Positions 13,703 through 28,124 of a stretch of 64,000 nt of DNA are shown piece after piece. The DNA is from the human T2T-CHM13v2.0 reference genome, Homo sapiens, in the NCBI RefSeq assembly GCF_009914755.1, contig NC_060945.1. The stretch is one strand, 5' to 3'. The translations under genes and the position numbers were made by a program. Numbering within the stretch: position 1 is the stretch's first letter; every line of letters begins with the position of its first letter. The notes below the pieces were generated by a model. It did not search any database, was not told the DNA's origin, and saw nothing but the letters and a program-made list of their open reading frames with translations.

Positions 13703-14629
13703 TTAAAAATTATGTTTATTTTGCCATGTAATTTTACAATTCTAAAATTGTCTGTATTAATTCAAAATCTGAAATACCTTTAAAAGTTAGGATAAACAAA
13801 TTATTCTGGAAATTCATCAAATAATTGTTTTAAAAAAGACAAAATCACCAGAAAGTGTATTTATGAAGTTAGGAAGTTGTAACCTGCCTACAGCTTCAGT
13901 TTTGTGTCTTGTTCTTACACACTTTTCCTATCATGGAACGATATTAAGGATTCAGACTTAGTCAGCCCCCATATATAATATTCTCATTTTTAAATAGATA
14001 CTAGAAATAAAACCATACCCTCCTAAACACAACAACTAAAAAGCCATAATACTTTACACAATTACATAAGCAGCTTTTAAAGATTGGTTCATAAACTAAA
14101 TCAAATAATTGCATTTATTGATTGAATATTTTAAACCTGAAAAACTAATTATCTTGTGAATGCATGTTTTTAAATAGTTTTCTCTTCTGAGAGACGCTGC
14201 AATTTAAAACCCTTAGATAGCATGAGGGTAAACAACAGTGAAAGGAAGATGCTAAAATAAATATATATTTATCCATATATTGATATTAAATTGTCATTTC
14301 ATTAGACTTATTAATGTAAGGTCTTTCTGGATTAATTTATCATCCCACATTTTGATAAGGTTGAAAAAGTCTAGGTACTTCAGAATATTCTCAGAAGAAA
14401 AAAAATTATTTAAAGATTTTACTTTTTAAAGCAAAAGCAGTTGGTGACACTAAATAGAAATGGTATTAGTCACTAAGCAAAGTGTCAGATTACTTGTTTA
14501 GTTGAGGCTGATAGTTCTTTAACTAAATGTATAACTCTTCATGTATACATCAAGGAATAAAATTTATAAGCACACATCACTTAACCAGTTACAAAGAGAG
14601 CTAAAGGAATCTATAAATTTTGCATTTAC

Positions 14630-14678
14630 AAGATCCTGCAACGAAGGCATTGTAAGTTACTCTTTCTGGGCACCACAG
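14630..14678 (+). promoter_or_regulatory. ADARB1: Auto-editing site: AA (14630-31) edited to AI creates a proximal 3' splice site that adds 47 nt
   Basis: tttacAA|gatcc lies exactly 47 nt upstream of the normal acceptor, matching the known ADAR2 autoregulation geometry. Confidence 0.92.
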
Positions 14679-15613
14679 GTTCCAGCAGCACTGATGTGAA
14701 GGAAAACCGCAATCTGGACAACGTGTCCCCCAAGGATGGCAGCACACCTGGGCCTGGCGAGGGCTCTCAGCTCTCCAATGGGGGTGGTGGTGGCCCCGGC
14801 AGAAAGCGGCCCCTGGAGGAGGGCAGCAATGGCCACTCCAAGTACCGCCTGAAGAAAAGGAGGAAAACACCAGGGCCCGTCCTCCCCAAGAACGCCCTGA
14901 TGCAGCTGAATGAGATCAAGCCTGGTTTGCAGTACACACTCCTGTCCCAGACTGGGCCCGTGCACGCGCCTTTGTTTGTCATGTCTGTGGAGGTGAATGG
15001 CCAGGTTTTTGAGGGCTCTGGTCCCACAAAGAAAAAGGCAAAACTCCATGCTGCTGAGAAGGCCTTGAGGTCTTTCGTTCAGTTTCCTAATGCCTCTGAG
15101 GCCCACCTGGCCATGGGGAGGACCCTGTCTGTCAACACGGACTTCACATCTGACCAGGCCGACTTCCCTGACACGCTCTTCAATGGTTTTGAAACTCCTG
15201 ACAAGGCGGAGCCTCCCTTTTACGTGGGCTCCAATGGGGATGACTCCTTCAGTTCCAGCGGGGACCTCAGCTTGTCTGCTTCCCCGGTGCCTGCCAGCCT
15301 AGCCCAGCCTCCTCTCCCTGTCTTACCACCATTCCCACCCCCGAGTGGGAAGAATCCCGTGATGATCTTGAACGAACTGCGCCCAGGACTCAAGTATGAC
15401 TTCCTCTCCGAGAGCGGGGAGAGCCATGCCAAGAGCTTCGTCATGTCTGTGGTCGTGGATGGTCAGTTCTTTGAAGGCTCGGGGAGAAACAAGAAGCTTG
15501 CCAAGGCCCGGGCTGCGCAGTCTGCCCTGGCCGCCATTTTTAACTTGCACTTGGATCAGACGCCATCTCGCCAGCCTATTCCCAGTGAGGGTCTTCAGCT
15601 GCATTTACCGCAG
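14679..15613 (+). CDS. ADARB1: ADARB1 coding exon 2 (935 nt): NLS (KKRRK), dsRBD1 and dsRBD2
   Basis: Within ORF 14696..15715. Acceptor caccacAG|GT, donor CAG|GTGAGG. The dsRBD motifs KNALMQLNE...[13 protein letters not shown] and KNPVMILNE...[12 protein letters not shown] are present. Confidence 0.99.
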
Positions 15614-18012
15614 GTGAGGAACTATGCTGCTGCTTTAAAACACGGGGTCATTGCTCTTGGTAATGCTTCTAGACAGCATTTTAGTTTCAGGATTACTGTT
15701 GACTTTCCACCTTGACATCACTCTGTCCCCACCAGGAGGAGTTACTGGTAAGTCTGGCTGCTTGATTTCCATGGCCATGTGGCCACTGAGAAGCCGTCTG
15801 CATCCTAGTGCATGCTGGGTCTGTCGCAATGCAAGGCAGGGACACCTGAGACCCCGTCCACCAGAGCAGTGTTTACAACACTATCCATAACTCCCTTCCC
15901 GTTAGGCAACCCCCCCATGACCCTCATCCCACAGCAAGCCTTTAGCAGGAGAGACGGAAGAAGAGCCCAGTCTTTGAAACCTTGCCCCCAGTTCAGCACC
16001 ATTTTCCTTTAAAGGTCTCATCCAAGAATCTCACATTCAAGATAAGTGACACCAGCCCGTCAGCAGCTGAAAACCCAAGTCTGGGTCAAGATGGCAGCCT
16101 CTGGGCTCCCACATGACTGGCTGGTGGCTGTTTGCTGTTCCTAAGCCGAGGAGCCCATCAAAGCAGCGAATGAGCCAGCACAGCAGTGAGCACCTATCAG
16201 AGCGCAGGGAGGGAGGGGCCTCCAACAACTGTTCTAGGGCCTGCCAGTTGCCTGGGAGTCTCTACTTTGAATTTCCTACATGGGCTGTATGAGGACTTCC
16301 CCGCATGCCCAGGCTGGAGGTGGACAGCCACCCTTCCATTTGACCTCCCCAGCGCAGTGAAATCAGGATGAAGGAAGGGGAAGTTCCAGGGTGGGCTTAG
16401 ATTGGCTTACGTGAAAGAGAAAAAGTAAAGGAGAAAATCACCTTTAGTTCTCATCTCTAAATCCTAAAACTCTCTGATTATGTATTCCTTCTTTTCTTGG
16501 AAATCCAAAGTTCTTCTGGTCTATTGCAAAAGTTATTTTTTTGACCCTCTATTCATTTATTACTTTGTATCAGAGTCTTCTTCACTTTGAAGATAACATG
16601 TATACTACCCTTGACCACAAGACTTGAAGGTGGCTTGTGTTCCCCTGGAAGAATCCAAGTGTCTTATAGTTTCTTTTTTGCTGTTGGCTACAATTAGAAC
16701 AACCTCTGTGCAGTTGTAGTCTGAGATGACCAGGAGTTCTGTTTTAAAGGAAGGAAATGTATTTTATTTTGCCTAAAGGAATCAAATGCAACATCAGTAT
16801 AAAATAATATATTCAAGGTATTTCACTGATTTTTTTAACGAACCAAATACTTGCTTCCCTTATTAACCTGTCGTCAACATTGTTTATAAGGATTATTAGT
16901 CCATTTGTACTTTAACAAATCAGTGCTACTAGATCCCATGTGATTTTTTATTTTCAGGATTACTCTTTGCTAAAATATTAAAGCCTGAGTTCAAAATATT
17001 GTCTGATGTGACTTGTCTTCCCTTAATATTGACAGAGTGGCATATAAGACCATTGAAATGACATCAAATGCCGTGGATCCCAGATGTCTGAACCTTCAGT
17101 GTGTAGGCTAGGAGCACCTTAGGCGGACGCAGATCGAAGTGCCAGTAGAGATATCACCCCTGCCTCCCTGGCTTGGCTGTGCGCCTGCAGTGACTTCTGT
17201 GTGGAGCATGACCAGAGCCCCTGGCTTGGGAAGGCTGGAGGGACATCTGTTGGGCTCCAGCCTGGGGAGGGGTGCAGGTGGGCAGGGCTGCCTCAGCCCC
17301 CTGACGCCACGTTCCTCTGGGCTCTGTAGGTGCTGAACACCAGGCTCTAGGCCTCATGTCCAGAACCACTAGGGCATGAGGGCATGGAGCTGCACTTCGA
17401 GTCTCTGCCGGAGTGGAACCTGCCACCTTGTGTCTTTGGAGCCCCCAGGATAGCCCCGGAATGTGACGTGTTCCTTGTAGGACCCGGGTGGCCCTCCCAG
17501 AAGCAGTCCTTAGGGCTTTGTTGGTGGGCTCTATTGTCTTTCAACAGGAAATTTCCAAATGTGCATTCTAGGATGGGTGGAAAACCCTCACTCTTTTTCT
17601 AGAGTAACCCTTGAAGGACGTAGGTCAGTCATCCCTGCGTGTCACTGCAGGTAAATGGTGCTGCCTGGGACTGTGTGGCATGGGTTTAACTCTTAAGAGC
17701 ATTTTTTTTGTTCTTATATCTGTCCCCCAAATTAAGAGGGAAGTCCTTCATTAACCATACAGGTTAATGAGACCAGTAATCCCCTCAACGGGGTGCTGAG
17801 CCCTGGCCATGTGCCTCAGATGTCTGCGTTAACAAGCATCAGCCCCAGCACCAGACCTTCAGAGTGAGGCTCTCGGAACTCACTCTGAAGTTAAAGTTCT
17901 TCGCCTCTCTTTGAAAGTTTGGAGATTCGCCTAATCTTACATGAAATGGAAACTTTTATTTCCTCTGGCTTATCCCTAATCTTCTTATGACTTTTTCTTC
18001 TCTGTAAACTCG

Positions 18013-18085
18013 AATGAATCGCCCTTTCCCTCTGGCACCCTGGCCAATTGGAATGCGTCGCCCCTTCCCTCTGGCACCCTGGCCA
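18013..18085. repeat. 39-bp-period tandem duplication
   Basis: TCGCCC(T/C)TTCCCTCTGGCACCCTGGCCA, two copies. Confidence 0.9.
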
Positions 18086-19277
18086 CGTCCTGTGTTTCTG
18101 TCACAGCCTCAGTTCCTCGCGTCCGCTCACCCCTGCATTGCAGATGCCGCTGCCTGCGGGTGCATGGATCCCTGCCACCAAAGCCTCTGTCCATTCTCCA
18201 CATGACTTGTCTTGAACACTGTCCTCTGGGGCTCACTGATACTTGCTGGTGCAATGATAAGAGAAAAACATCCTGACAACTATCTTTTCTACTCATTTCA
18301 GAAATATTTTATTAAGGACCAACCTGGGGATGCTGGGTTTTCCTAGTAGTCATTTGATTTTCCAGACAAGTGTGAAATTGGTGGGACATGAGTTGAAACT
18401 GGCTCTTAACACCCACCTCCCAGCAGACATCATTTCCCAAAATGCCATGGGCTCATTATATCCAAGATAAATCATAAGCCATAAGACCATGTCCAAAATC
18501 CAACAAATACATCTGTTCTCAGAAGCACTTTAATACAGATGTCTGTCTGACCTGAGCATATACCTGTGCAGGTGTTCCGAACGTCTAAGCGCTTTCCCTC
18601 CCCGTGCTGTTCTCTGGTACATGATTCTATCGTACCGTCTGGGCGAGTGAGCGGAGTCAGAGTGCATTTGTGTGGAGAGGCTGGAATGACTGAGAAGCCT
18701 CTCGGTGGCGCCTTTGAGGGAGGTGCTGTGCACAGCTTGTGGCTTCTTTCACTGGATCGCATCTCCAAGCTGCCCCTTTCTCTTGCCTTTGATTTTGCAC
18801 ATCATCCTGGGCTGTGCTCCCAGCTGTGTGTGGCCCTGGAGCTGACTGAGCCACACCGTGTGTGCATGTGAGAGAGGGCAAGGGGGGTGGGAGGGCCATA
18901 CTAGGTGGGCGTAGGCGTGGGCAGGTGGCCCTGAGCAGGCAGCTTTGCCTGTTTGCCTCGGTTTCCTCCTGAGGGCCGGGCTGGCCTGCGGTGAGGATTG
19001 GAGGGATGCTCATGTGTGGTGCCCACACTCCACACTGGCCCCACGCGGGTGGCGAAGGACTCAGCCAGAGCCTGGCAGGATCCTGGGGTGTCTATTTCCA
19101 AGGAATGTTCTGGAAGAAACATACACACATACTTGTTTGCCAGATTTACCTGTGTGGTTTTCCAGATGAGAAGCAGCCTGTGTCACTCCATAAGGGAGAG
19201 TGCGTGCAGCATTGAGAGAGTGAGCCCTGCTCCCAGCTGCATCTGGCCCCTAACCTGCATCTGTGCTTCCCACACAG

Positions 19278-19392
19278 GTTTTAGCTGACGCTGTCTCACG
19301 CCTGGTCCTGGGTAAGTTTGGTGACCTGACCGACAACTTCTCCTCCCCTCACGCTCGCAGAAAAGTGCTGGCTGGAGTCGTCATGACAACAG
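19278..19392 (+). CDS. ADARB1: ADARB1 coding exon 3 (115 nt; VLADAVSRLV...VVMTT)
   Basis: Acceptor cccacacAG|GTT, donor ACAG|GTAACC; start of the deaminase domain. Confidence 0.98.
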
Positions 19393-20724
19393 GTAACCAT
19401 CTTGGTGTTGTATGTAACCCTGCCTGTTTTCATGTCTGACAAATGTGAAATGTTCTCAATCGACAAAAACCACTGTGCCACACCGACGGGAGATGGTTAC
19501 TTCTTTTCTTCTTCAAAATGTCTGCCATATGCAAGTTTACGAACTGCACTTACAAGCTTTTTTCCCAAAATGTTCATCTTTTTAACCTAAGTTTGTTTTA
19601 TCTGGAGAAAGCACACTATATTAATATTTGATTCCTGTCATCTTCATCCTGTGAATGGCCTCAATCTGCTCTGGAAGATGGCAAGGGGCTTACTAATTCT
19701 TCCTTTATTTGAAAGTAGAGCCTATCTATTGTATCAGTTAATGTTAACGATGCCAGATAAGTTTCAGTGTGACTTCCTTTGAGGAGGGAGAGAGCTCTAG
19801 CAAGAGTAGAAAATCCGTGGGGAAAAAAAGCACAATTTAGAACGATAGAAGAAACCCTATTAAATTAGTCTAGAAGTTCCCAGTAGCAAAAGGAACCCCC
19901 GAGTCCTCTCCCCACATCCCGCGAGTGAGAACACGCAGCAGCATCTCTGTGGGTAGCTCCTGGGAAGGGAAGCCACATCCTTGGCCAGTGTCTGGCACCC
20001 CAGGGTGGAGCAAGACTCAGGGAGAGGACCCCTGTCATGTGGGGCCGTCTCTGTACCCAGCATCTGCTCAGCCCAGCCTGGACAGCCAGATGCAGGAAGC
20101 AGACCCTAGAGGTCAGGGAGGAAGCTGGGGACAGTTTCTCTGTCTACATCCACCAGCCCAGGAGAAACCCCCAGTTCTCGGTATGTGACTTTCTTGTTCT
20201 TTCCCCCTGCGGGGTCACCTCTATCAGACTCTGCAGCCCTCTTCACTGACCCACCTCTTGCTGCCCTAGGAAACCTGGCTGCTCTGCTCATGACCATTGT
20301 TTCCTTGCCGTGCCGTGTCCAGGGAGGAGGAAGCACCCGAACAGCAGCTTCTATTCTAATGTTTTGTACCTGTATCTTCTCCCCCTTTTACCTCTCTCCT
20401 TACTGCTATCTTTTACATTAATCAAAGGTGAACACCACAACGACTGAATAGAATAGTTCCCTAGGTAAGACTCCCTGCCTCTTCCAGCAGCATGGGTGAG
20501 TGAGCTGGTCATGTTCTTTCATCGTTTTGTTGTTGTTGTTGTTTTGTTTTTGTTGTTGTTGTTTTTAACGACCTTAGAAGAGGCCGATCACCTTCTGGGA
20601 ACACCTTACATCTTAGTGTGTATTTCACCTGAGACCACTTGCTCAGAGCCATAGTTTACATCTGAAGCCAGGACGCTGGAGCACTTGGCACTCCAGACAG
20701 CTGGTTCAGGGGGCTCCCGCTGGT

Positions 20725-20860
20725 TGAGTGGCCTTGGGCAGGTTACAAGGCCTCTGTGCCTCAGTTCCCTCATCTATACAGTGGAGACATTAGTAGCATG
20801 AGCCTCAGAGGACATCGTGGGAATGCAGTGAGGACAATTTACCTAACAGACCTGGTGCTT
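20725..20860 (+). mobile_element. MIR fragment
   Basis: MIR core: ccttgggcaggtta...ctctgtgcctcagttccctcatctata. Confidence 0.7.
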
Positions 20861-21532
20861 ACCTGCCACATGGTGTGCACACCGTTGGTTCAGCTGCAGT
20901 GGATGCGAGTTTCCCGGCAGGTGACTTCCAGGGTCCTGGCATCACACCTCTGGTCAGTGGTTTATCTCACAAAGTTGAGACGGAGTGATCTGTCTGTGGG
21001 AGTTCACCACTGCTTGTGATTTCACTCCGAGTGTGGTTAATGGTGACAGTTTACTAATGAAAACATCACAAGTTAATTCTGTTTTCCTTCTTATTCCTCT
21101 GGGTGCCGTTAACCCCTCCTTCCTAATCTCTTCAGTACTTTGATATTTGATGTCAAGATTAATTACCAGACCAGTTAGTCCACCTTTCCATAGTGTTGCC
21201 CAGCTGTGTTCTAGTTGTGGGCATTCAAGAAAAGATGCTATTGCATACCAGAGGAAATGACTTCCTTGAGTTTAGTGTCTGGACACTAAGCAATGACGAT
21301 GGTTGGCTTTCCAGAAATGTCACAAAGTGAGTCCTCAATAGGAGGTTGTTTGCGTGTATACATTTGCCCACTTAAAAAATAGGTGGTAAGAATATGCATG
21401 AAGATGAGCTTGAAAAGTCTGTTGGCCCCTGAAAAGTTAAGTCACTGAGAATAAGAGTCAGACTTCAGGAGCACAGTTAGGCAAACATTACTGTGAATTA
21501 CAGAAAATAGTGTCTCTTTTTTTTTTTTTCAG

Positions 21533-21701
21533 GCACAGATGTTAAAGATGCCAAGGTGATAAGTGTTTCTACAGGAACAAAATGTATTAATGGTGAATAC
21601 ATGAGTGATCGTGGCCTTGCATTAAATGACTGCCATGCAGAAATAATATCTCGGAGATCCTTGCTCAGATTTCTTTATACACAACTTGAGCTTTACTTAA
21701 A
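21533..21701 (+). CDS. ADARB1: ADARB1 coding exon 4 (169 nt), containing CHAE (H394 at 21634, catalytic E396 at 21640)
   Basis: Poly-T acceptor cAG|GC, donor AA|GTAAGT. Translation [41 protein letters not shown]. Confidence 0.99.
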
Positions 21702-22309
21702 GTAAGTTTAGTAAACAAATAAGGACAGGAAGCTCTTTTTAAAAAATATTCCTCTATTAGAAAACATTGCAAAACCTTTCATTGTTTCTGTAATCATGGA
21801 AAATCTCTCAAAATCATAACTTTAATTAGTAACAATAAGGCTGCATCCCATTCTTCCACAATGCTTAACACACATATGCACACATACATACAATAACATA
21901 ACATGGTCATAAATTTCAAGTCTGTGTTTAAGACCATGTGATTTTGTTGTATGCTGTATAAATAGAAGTTCCCAAACTGCCAGGTAAAGATGGTAATTTT
22001 TATTCTAGTCACCGTTTCTAGAAAGAGCTAGTCATGTATCCAAACTCCTTTTCTTTACAAAGCCATTTTTTGTATGTGGTCTTTCTGTTCTGAAGTCATA
22101 AATTGGAAGAAGGAAAGGTTACTCACATCCTGATGACATATCCATTATTGAGTGACAAGAACTGTATTAATTACCCTAAACATGTAAAATAAATATTCCA
22201 GTTCAAACTTATCTTTCCCTTGTGGAAAATACTAGCCTCTGAAAATGATAGACTAAAATTTAACTATATACAGCTTTAAATGTTACTTTTGCAACTTTTT
22301 TCCTTTCAG

Positions 22310-22458
22310 TAACAAAGATGATCAAAAAAGATCCATCTTTCAGAAATCAGAGCGAGGGGGGTTTAGGCTGAAGGAGAATGTCCAGTTTCATCTGTACATC
22401 AGCACCTCTCCCTGTGGAGATGCCAGAATCTTCTCACCACATGAGCCAATCCTGGAAG
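22310..22458 (+). CDS. ADARB1: ADARB1 coding exon 5 (149 nt), containing SPCGDARIF (C451 at 22413)
   Basis: Acceptor tttcAG|T, donor GAAG|GTATGA; frame continues from exon 4. Confidence 0.99.
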
Positions 22459-23314
22459 GTATGAGACGAGATTCTTCAACAAGCCAGTTTCTCAAGAAAA
22501 TGTTAACAGATAAAAACTAACCTGTGTTAATATCCCTTTTCCTTTTTTTCTTTTTATTTTTAGACTTGGATGTGGATCTGATAAGAGTCTCTATAAAAGC
22601 ATGGATTTTTTTCTTTCCAATTAACTTAATTAGAAAACTTTAATGAATGAAAAATGCTGATTGTAATTAACCAAGTAATTAGAATGGAGTGAGAATATTG
22701 GATTAAAATTGTATCAGTATTTAAATTTGGGTAATAAATATCTCTAAATCAGAGGTGTATGTGATCCTCCATATTTCTGAGGAATTCTAATTTGCTAAAT
22801 GTGTAATTAAAGTATTTATTTGCCTGATATTTCAGAAGCAGATAAACACTAGTGAAAAGTGAAACCACTATTGTGATCATATTTTTTTCCATCCTTCTTT
22901 ACATTTGAGGTTAGCACTTTTGTTTTTTAGTGTTTTGTATCTACATCCCTTCTCCCAAGCCCTTAGGCATTGTTTATTCCAAATAGAACGTTTTATTACA
23001 TTACTTTCCTTGTTTATAAAAGCAACAGGCATACTCACTGTGGAAAATTGCTAACTATTTTTAAAATATAAGAACATTAAAATCATCCGTATTCCTGTAA
23101 CCCAGAAATACTCACTATGGATGTTTTACCATACTTTCCATGGGTTTATTTCTGCATCTGTCTAGATTTATTTTGGAAATTTTAAAAATATAGAGGAAAA
23201 TAACATGGCAAACACCCAAGTATCCATCACCCAGAATTAGCAAATGTTAGCATTTTGTCCTATTTGCTTCAGTGCATTTTTAATGATAGAAATAAATCAT
23301 TTCAGTTAAAGTGA

Positions 23315-23779
<465 letters not shown>

Positions 23780-23869
23780 TAAATTTATAAGCTATTGTTA
23801 GATGTGCTTTTCAATAAATCAAATAGATGGTTTACTACCTGTGGGGTTTTAACTCTTTTTCTCTCTTAG

Positions 23870-24038
23870 AACCAGCAGATAGACACCCAAATCGTAAAGC
23901 AAGAGGACAGCTACGGACCAAAATAGAGTCTGGTGAGGGGACGATTCCAGTGCGCTCCAATGCGAGCATCCAAACGTGGGACGGGGTGCTGCAAGGGGAG
24001 CGGCTGCTCACCATGTCCTGCAGTGACAAGATTGCACG
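23870..24038 (+). CDS. ADARB1: ADARB1 coding exon 6 (169 nt): base-flipping loop E488 (23935) and C516 (24019)
   Basis: Acceptor ctcttAG|AA, donor CG|GTAAGG. Translation [27 protein letters not shown]...[10 protein letters not shown]. Confidence 0.99.
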
Positions 24039-27030
24039 GTAAGGGGCGGGGGCTCCCTGTGGCCACCTCCCTGCACACAGGATTCATCCATACTGTTTGC
24101 CAACCTCCCTTTTCCACAACCATTTGAATTTTGGCCCCATTTCCCACTCAGGTGTTCCACAGTATTCTTTGAAGGACTGAGGTTCTAAACAGGTGCTGCT
24201 GGGACCCCCGTGAGGGGCAGCAGCAGGACCTAGACACAGGAGGCTCCACGCTTCTAACATTCCTATCCAAGCGTCTCAGAGTTTACCACTTATTTTTAAC
24301 GTGGGCTTCTGGGTTAAACTGATGTTTTTAATGGGCTACAGGCCATGACATCTTAAAACTACTGGCTTCTCCTCATTAGTAGTAGATGCAACTTCAGTGG
24401 TCACTTTCATCATTCAGTTAACATTTTAGGTAGTTGATATGTGCATTTTAAAAGTAATGCAAACCCTGTCACAGGCATTGTGTTCTAAGCACAGAGAGCA
24501 TCCCCAGCCATTCTGTGCCTGGGTGTGGGTTAGGCTTAGAGGAGGGCTCTGCAAGCACACTTCTGTAGTCAGCAGGCACCTGGGAGATATTCATCTTTCA
24601 GAGGCCTGTATCCAGAGCAGATTATAGAAAACCCATTTCTTCAGATGGTATCAGTTCCAGTAGTTCTTTGTTTTCATTTTTAAACTAATGTTTATTTGGA
24701 AAAAAAAAGTAACATAAGCAGATGGTAAAAAGCATACAATGATAAAGTTTAAAACCTCCCTCTTCAGAGCCCTCCTGTGGCACCCACAGTGAGTGGGTTT
24801 TGACTGTCCATCCAGAAGCTGTCAAAATTGATGCATACGCATGTGCACGTGCACATCTTTTCATTGTTTGCGTGCCCTTTATGTTGATTTCCTTCAGTGG
24901 GTCTTGTCAGGCAACCTCAAGTACAGGGAGCTGGATTAATCACACATTTTGGGCCATTGCCCACAGCCCAGGTGACCACTGTGATGTGTTTATTTATTAT
25001 TTGTCCTTCCAGTCCACCTCCACACGTGCATATGTCAACTTTGTGTGTGTGTGATGTGGGGGAGGGGGGTGTACTCTTGAAAAATACACAATAGAATTAT
25101 TTGGAGTATTTGTTGCTAATTTACAGAAATGATACTATGCTGTAAATCCTATCTGATTCTTACATTTTCATTCAACCTATATTTTTGGAGCTATTTCTGT
25201 TGCTCTAACCAACAGCCAGTTCACTACTGACTTTTGCAAATCTTCCTTCATAGTCATGGGCCATTTCCTTCATGATGGGACACCCATATTTCTTCTAACT
25301 CCCTTATACATGTAGTCCTGTATATCCTTCAACTTATGCAAACTCCATCACAATATTATAGACTTTGCTAGAGTTTCTTGGGGCATATATTCAGGAGTTA
25401 TGCACATATATAACTTCACAGAATAATATCAGATTGCATCCCAGGGCAGTCACACTAGTTGACACTTACACCAATAGTGCATTAAGTTAGCTTCTCCCAC
25501 ATTCTGTAAACTGATATCTTCATAGTTTCAATTTTTATTTCTCTTTATCACTAGGAATGTTGGGCATCTCTTCAATTACATATTAACTGTTCATCTTACA
25601 CCTTCTTTGAGTTGTCTGTTAATATCATTTGTTCATTTGTCTTTTGAATCTCATGCCTTTTTCCTCTTGATTTTCAGAGTTCCTTTTACAGTTGATATTG
25701 TAATCCTTAGCCCTTTGAGAAGATGCAGTGTCTTTTGCAAGTCCTTTCCCCTTTGAGTAGTCTTGCACTCTGTTGAAGATGATTTGAACATATACACAAG
25801 GGTTTATTACTGTGCTGTCTGTTCTATTCCATATGTCTATTCTTTATGCCAGTGTCATGCTGTTTTGATTACTGTAGCTTTGTAATATGTTTTGAAATGA
25901 GGAAGTTTGAATCCTCCAACTTTATTCTTCTTTTTTCAAAATCCTTTTGGCTATCCAGGGTCTCCTGATATTTCATAAAGATTTTTGGATGAAGTTTTTC
26001 AAAAAATGCCATCGTTATTTTGATAGGGATTATGTTGACTCTATAGATTGCTTTGGTTAATATGGACATCTTAACAATATTAAGTCTTCTAACTCATGAA
26101 CATGCGATATATTTCCATTTATTTGTATCTTCATTTCTTTCAGCAGTGTTTTATAATTTTTATTTTACAAGCCATTCACCCCCTTGGTTAGGCTTATTAC
26201 TAAGTAATTTATTCTTTTTTGTGCTATTGAAAATTGTTTTCTTAATTCCCTTTTCAGATCATTCATTGTTAGTGCATGGAAATGCAACTGATTTTTGTGT
26301 GTTGATTTTGTATCCTATGATTTTGCTGAATGTGTTTATTATTTAAACAGTTTTATGGAATCTTTAGGGTTTTCTACATATAAAATTATGTCATCTGCAA
26401 ACAGATATAATTTTACTTCTTCCTTTCCATTTTGGATGCCCTTTATTTCTTTTTCATGCCTACTTACTGTGGCTAGAACTTCTAATACTGTGTTAAATAG
26501 AAGTGGCAAAAGTGGACATCCTTGCATTGTACCTGATCTTAGAGGAACAGTTTTCAGTCTTTCACCGTTGAGTACAGTATTAACTGTGGTCTTTTCATAA
26601 ATGTCCTTTATTACGTTGAGTTAGTTTTTTTTCTATTCCTAGTTTGTTGAATGTATTTATTATTATTAAGAAAGGGTGTTAAATCTTGTCAGATGCTTTT
26701 TCTGCATCAATTGAGATGATCATGTGGCTTTTGCCCTTCATTCTGTTAATGTAATGTATTAATTGATTTTCATATGTTGAACCATCCTTGCATTCCAGGA
26801 GTATCATAATGTATAATCCTTTTAATATGCTATTGAATTTGGTTTGTTGAGAATTTTTGCATCAGTAGTCATCAGAGATACTGGTTTGTAGCTTTTTTTA
26901 CCCTTCTTCATGTCTTTGGCTTTGATATCAGGGTACTGCTGGCATCATAGAGTGAGCTTGGAAATGTTCTCTTTAGTTTTTTTGGGAGTCTCAGGAGGAT
27001 TGGTGGTAATTATTCTTAAATGTTTGGTAG

Positions 27031-27387
<357 letters not shown>

Positions 27388-27760
27388 TGACCCAATATTC
27401 TTATCCATTAATAGTTTGAATGAATTGTTTTTCATATTCATTATTCCTGCTATCATTTGGTTACCATCTGCATGGAATATATTTTTCCATCCTTTCACTT
27501 TTGGCCTATGTATCCTTAGATCCAAAATTAGTCTCTTATAGACAGTACATAGTTGAATTTTTTTTTTTTTAATCCATTTACCCAATCTGTATCTTTTGAT
27601 TGGGGAGTTTATTCATTGACATTTAAAGTAATCACTGACAGGGAAGACTTACTGTTGCCATTTTGCTGTTTTCTATATGCTTGTAGCTTTTTGCTTGTTT
27701 TTCCCTTATTCTCTTACTGCCTTCCTTTGTGTTTCTTTCATTATTTTTTCTAATGATAGG

Positions 27761-28124
27761 TGTATTAGTCCATTTCCATTTTCATTGCTGATAAAGACAT
27801 ACCTGAGACTGGGCAATTTACAAAAGAAAGAGGTTTAATGGACTAACAGTTCCACCTGGCTGGGGAGGCCTCACAATCATGGCAGAATGTGAAAGGCACA
27901 ATTCACATGGCAGCAGACAAAAGAGAGCTAGCTTGTGCAGGGAAACTCCCCTTTATAAAATCATCACATCTCATGATACTTATTCACTATCACAAGAGTA
28001 GCATGGTAAAGACCTGCCCCTATGATTCGATTACCTCCCACTGGGTCCCTCCGACAATACATGGGAATTGTGGGAGCTACAATTCAAGATGGGATTTTGG
28101 TGGGGACATAGCTAAACCATATCT
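27761..28124 (-). mobile_element. THE1 (MaLR) solo LTR
   Basis: TGTATTAGTCC...AAACCATATCT with a 5-bp TSD ATAGG at 27756-60 and 28125-29. Confidence 0.92.

Noticed and set aside
14696-15715. 339-aa ORF as a standalone gene or dsRBD-only isoform
   Set aside because: It is exon 2 read from an internal GTG and run on past the strong donor at 15614. I saw no nearby AATAAA to support an intronic terminal exon.
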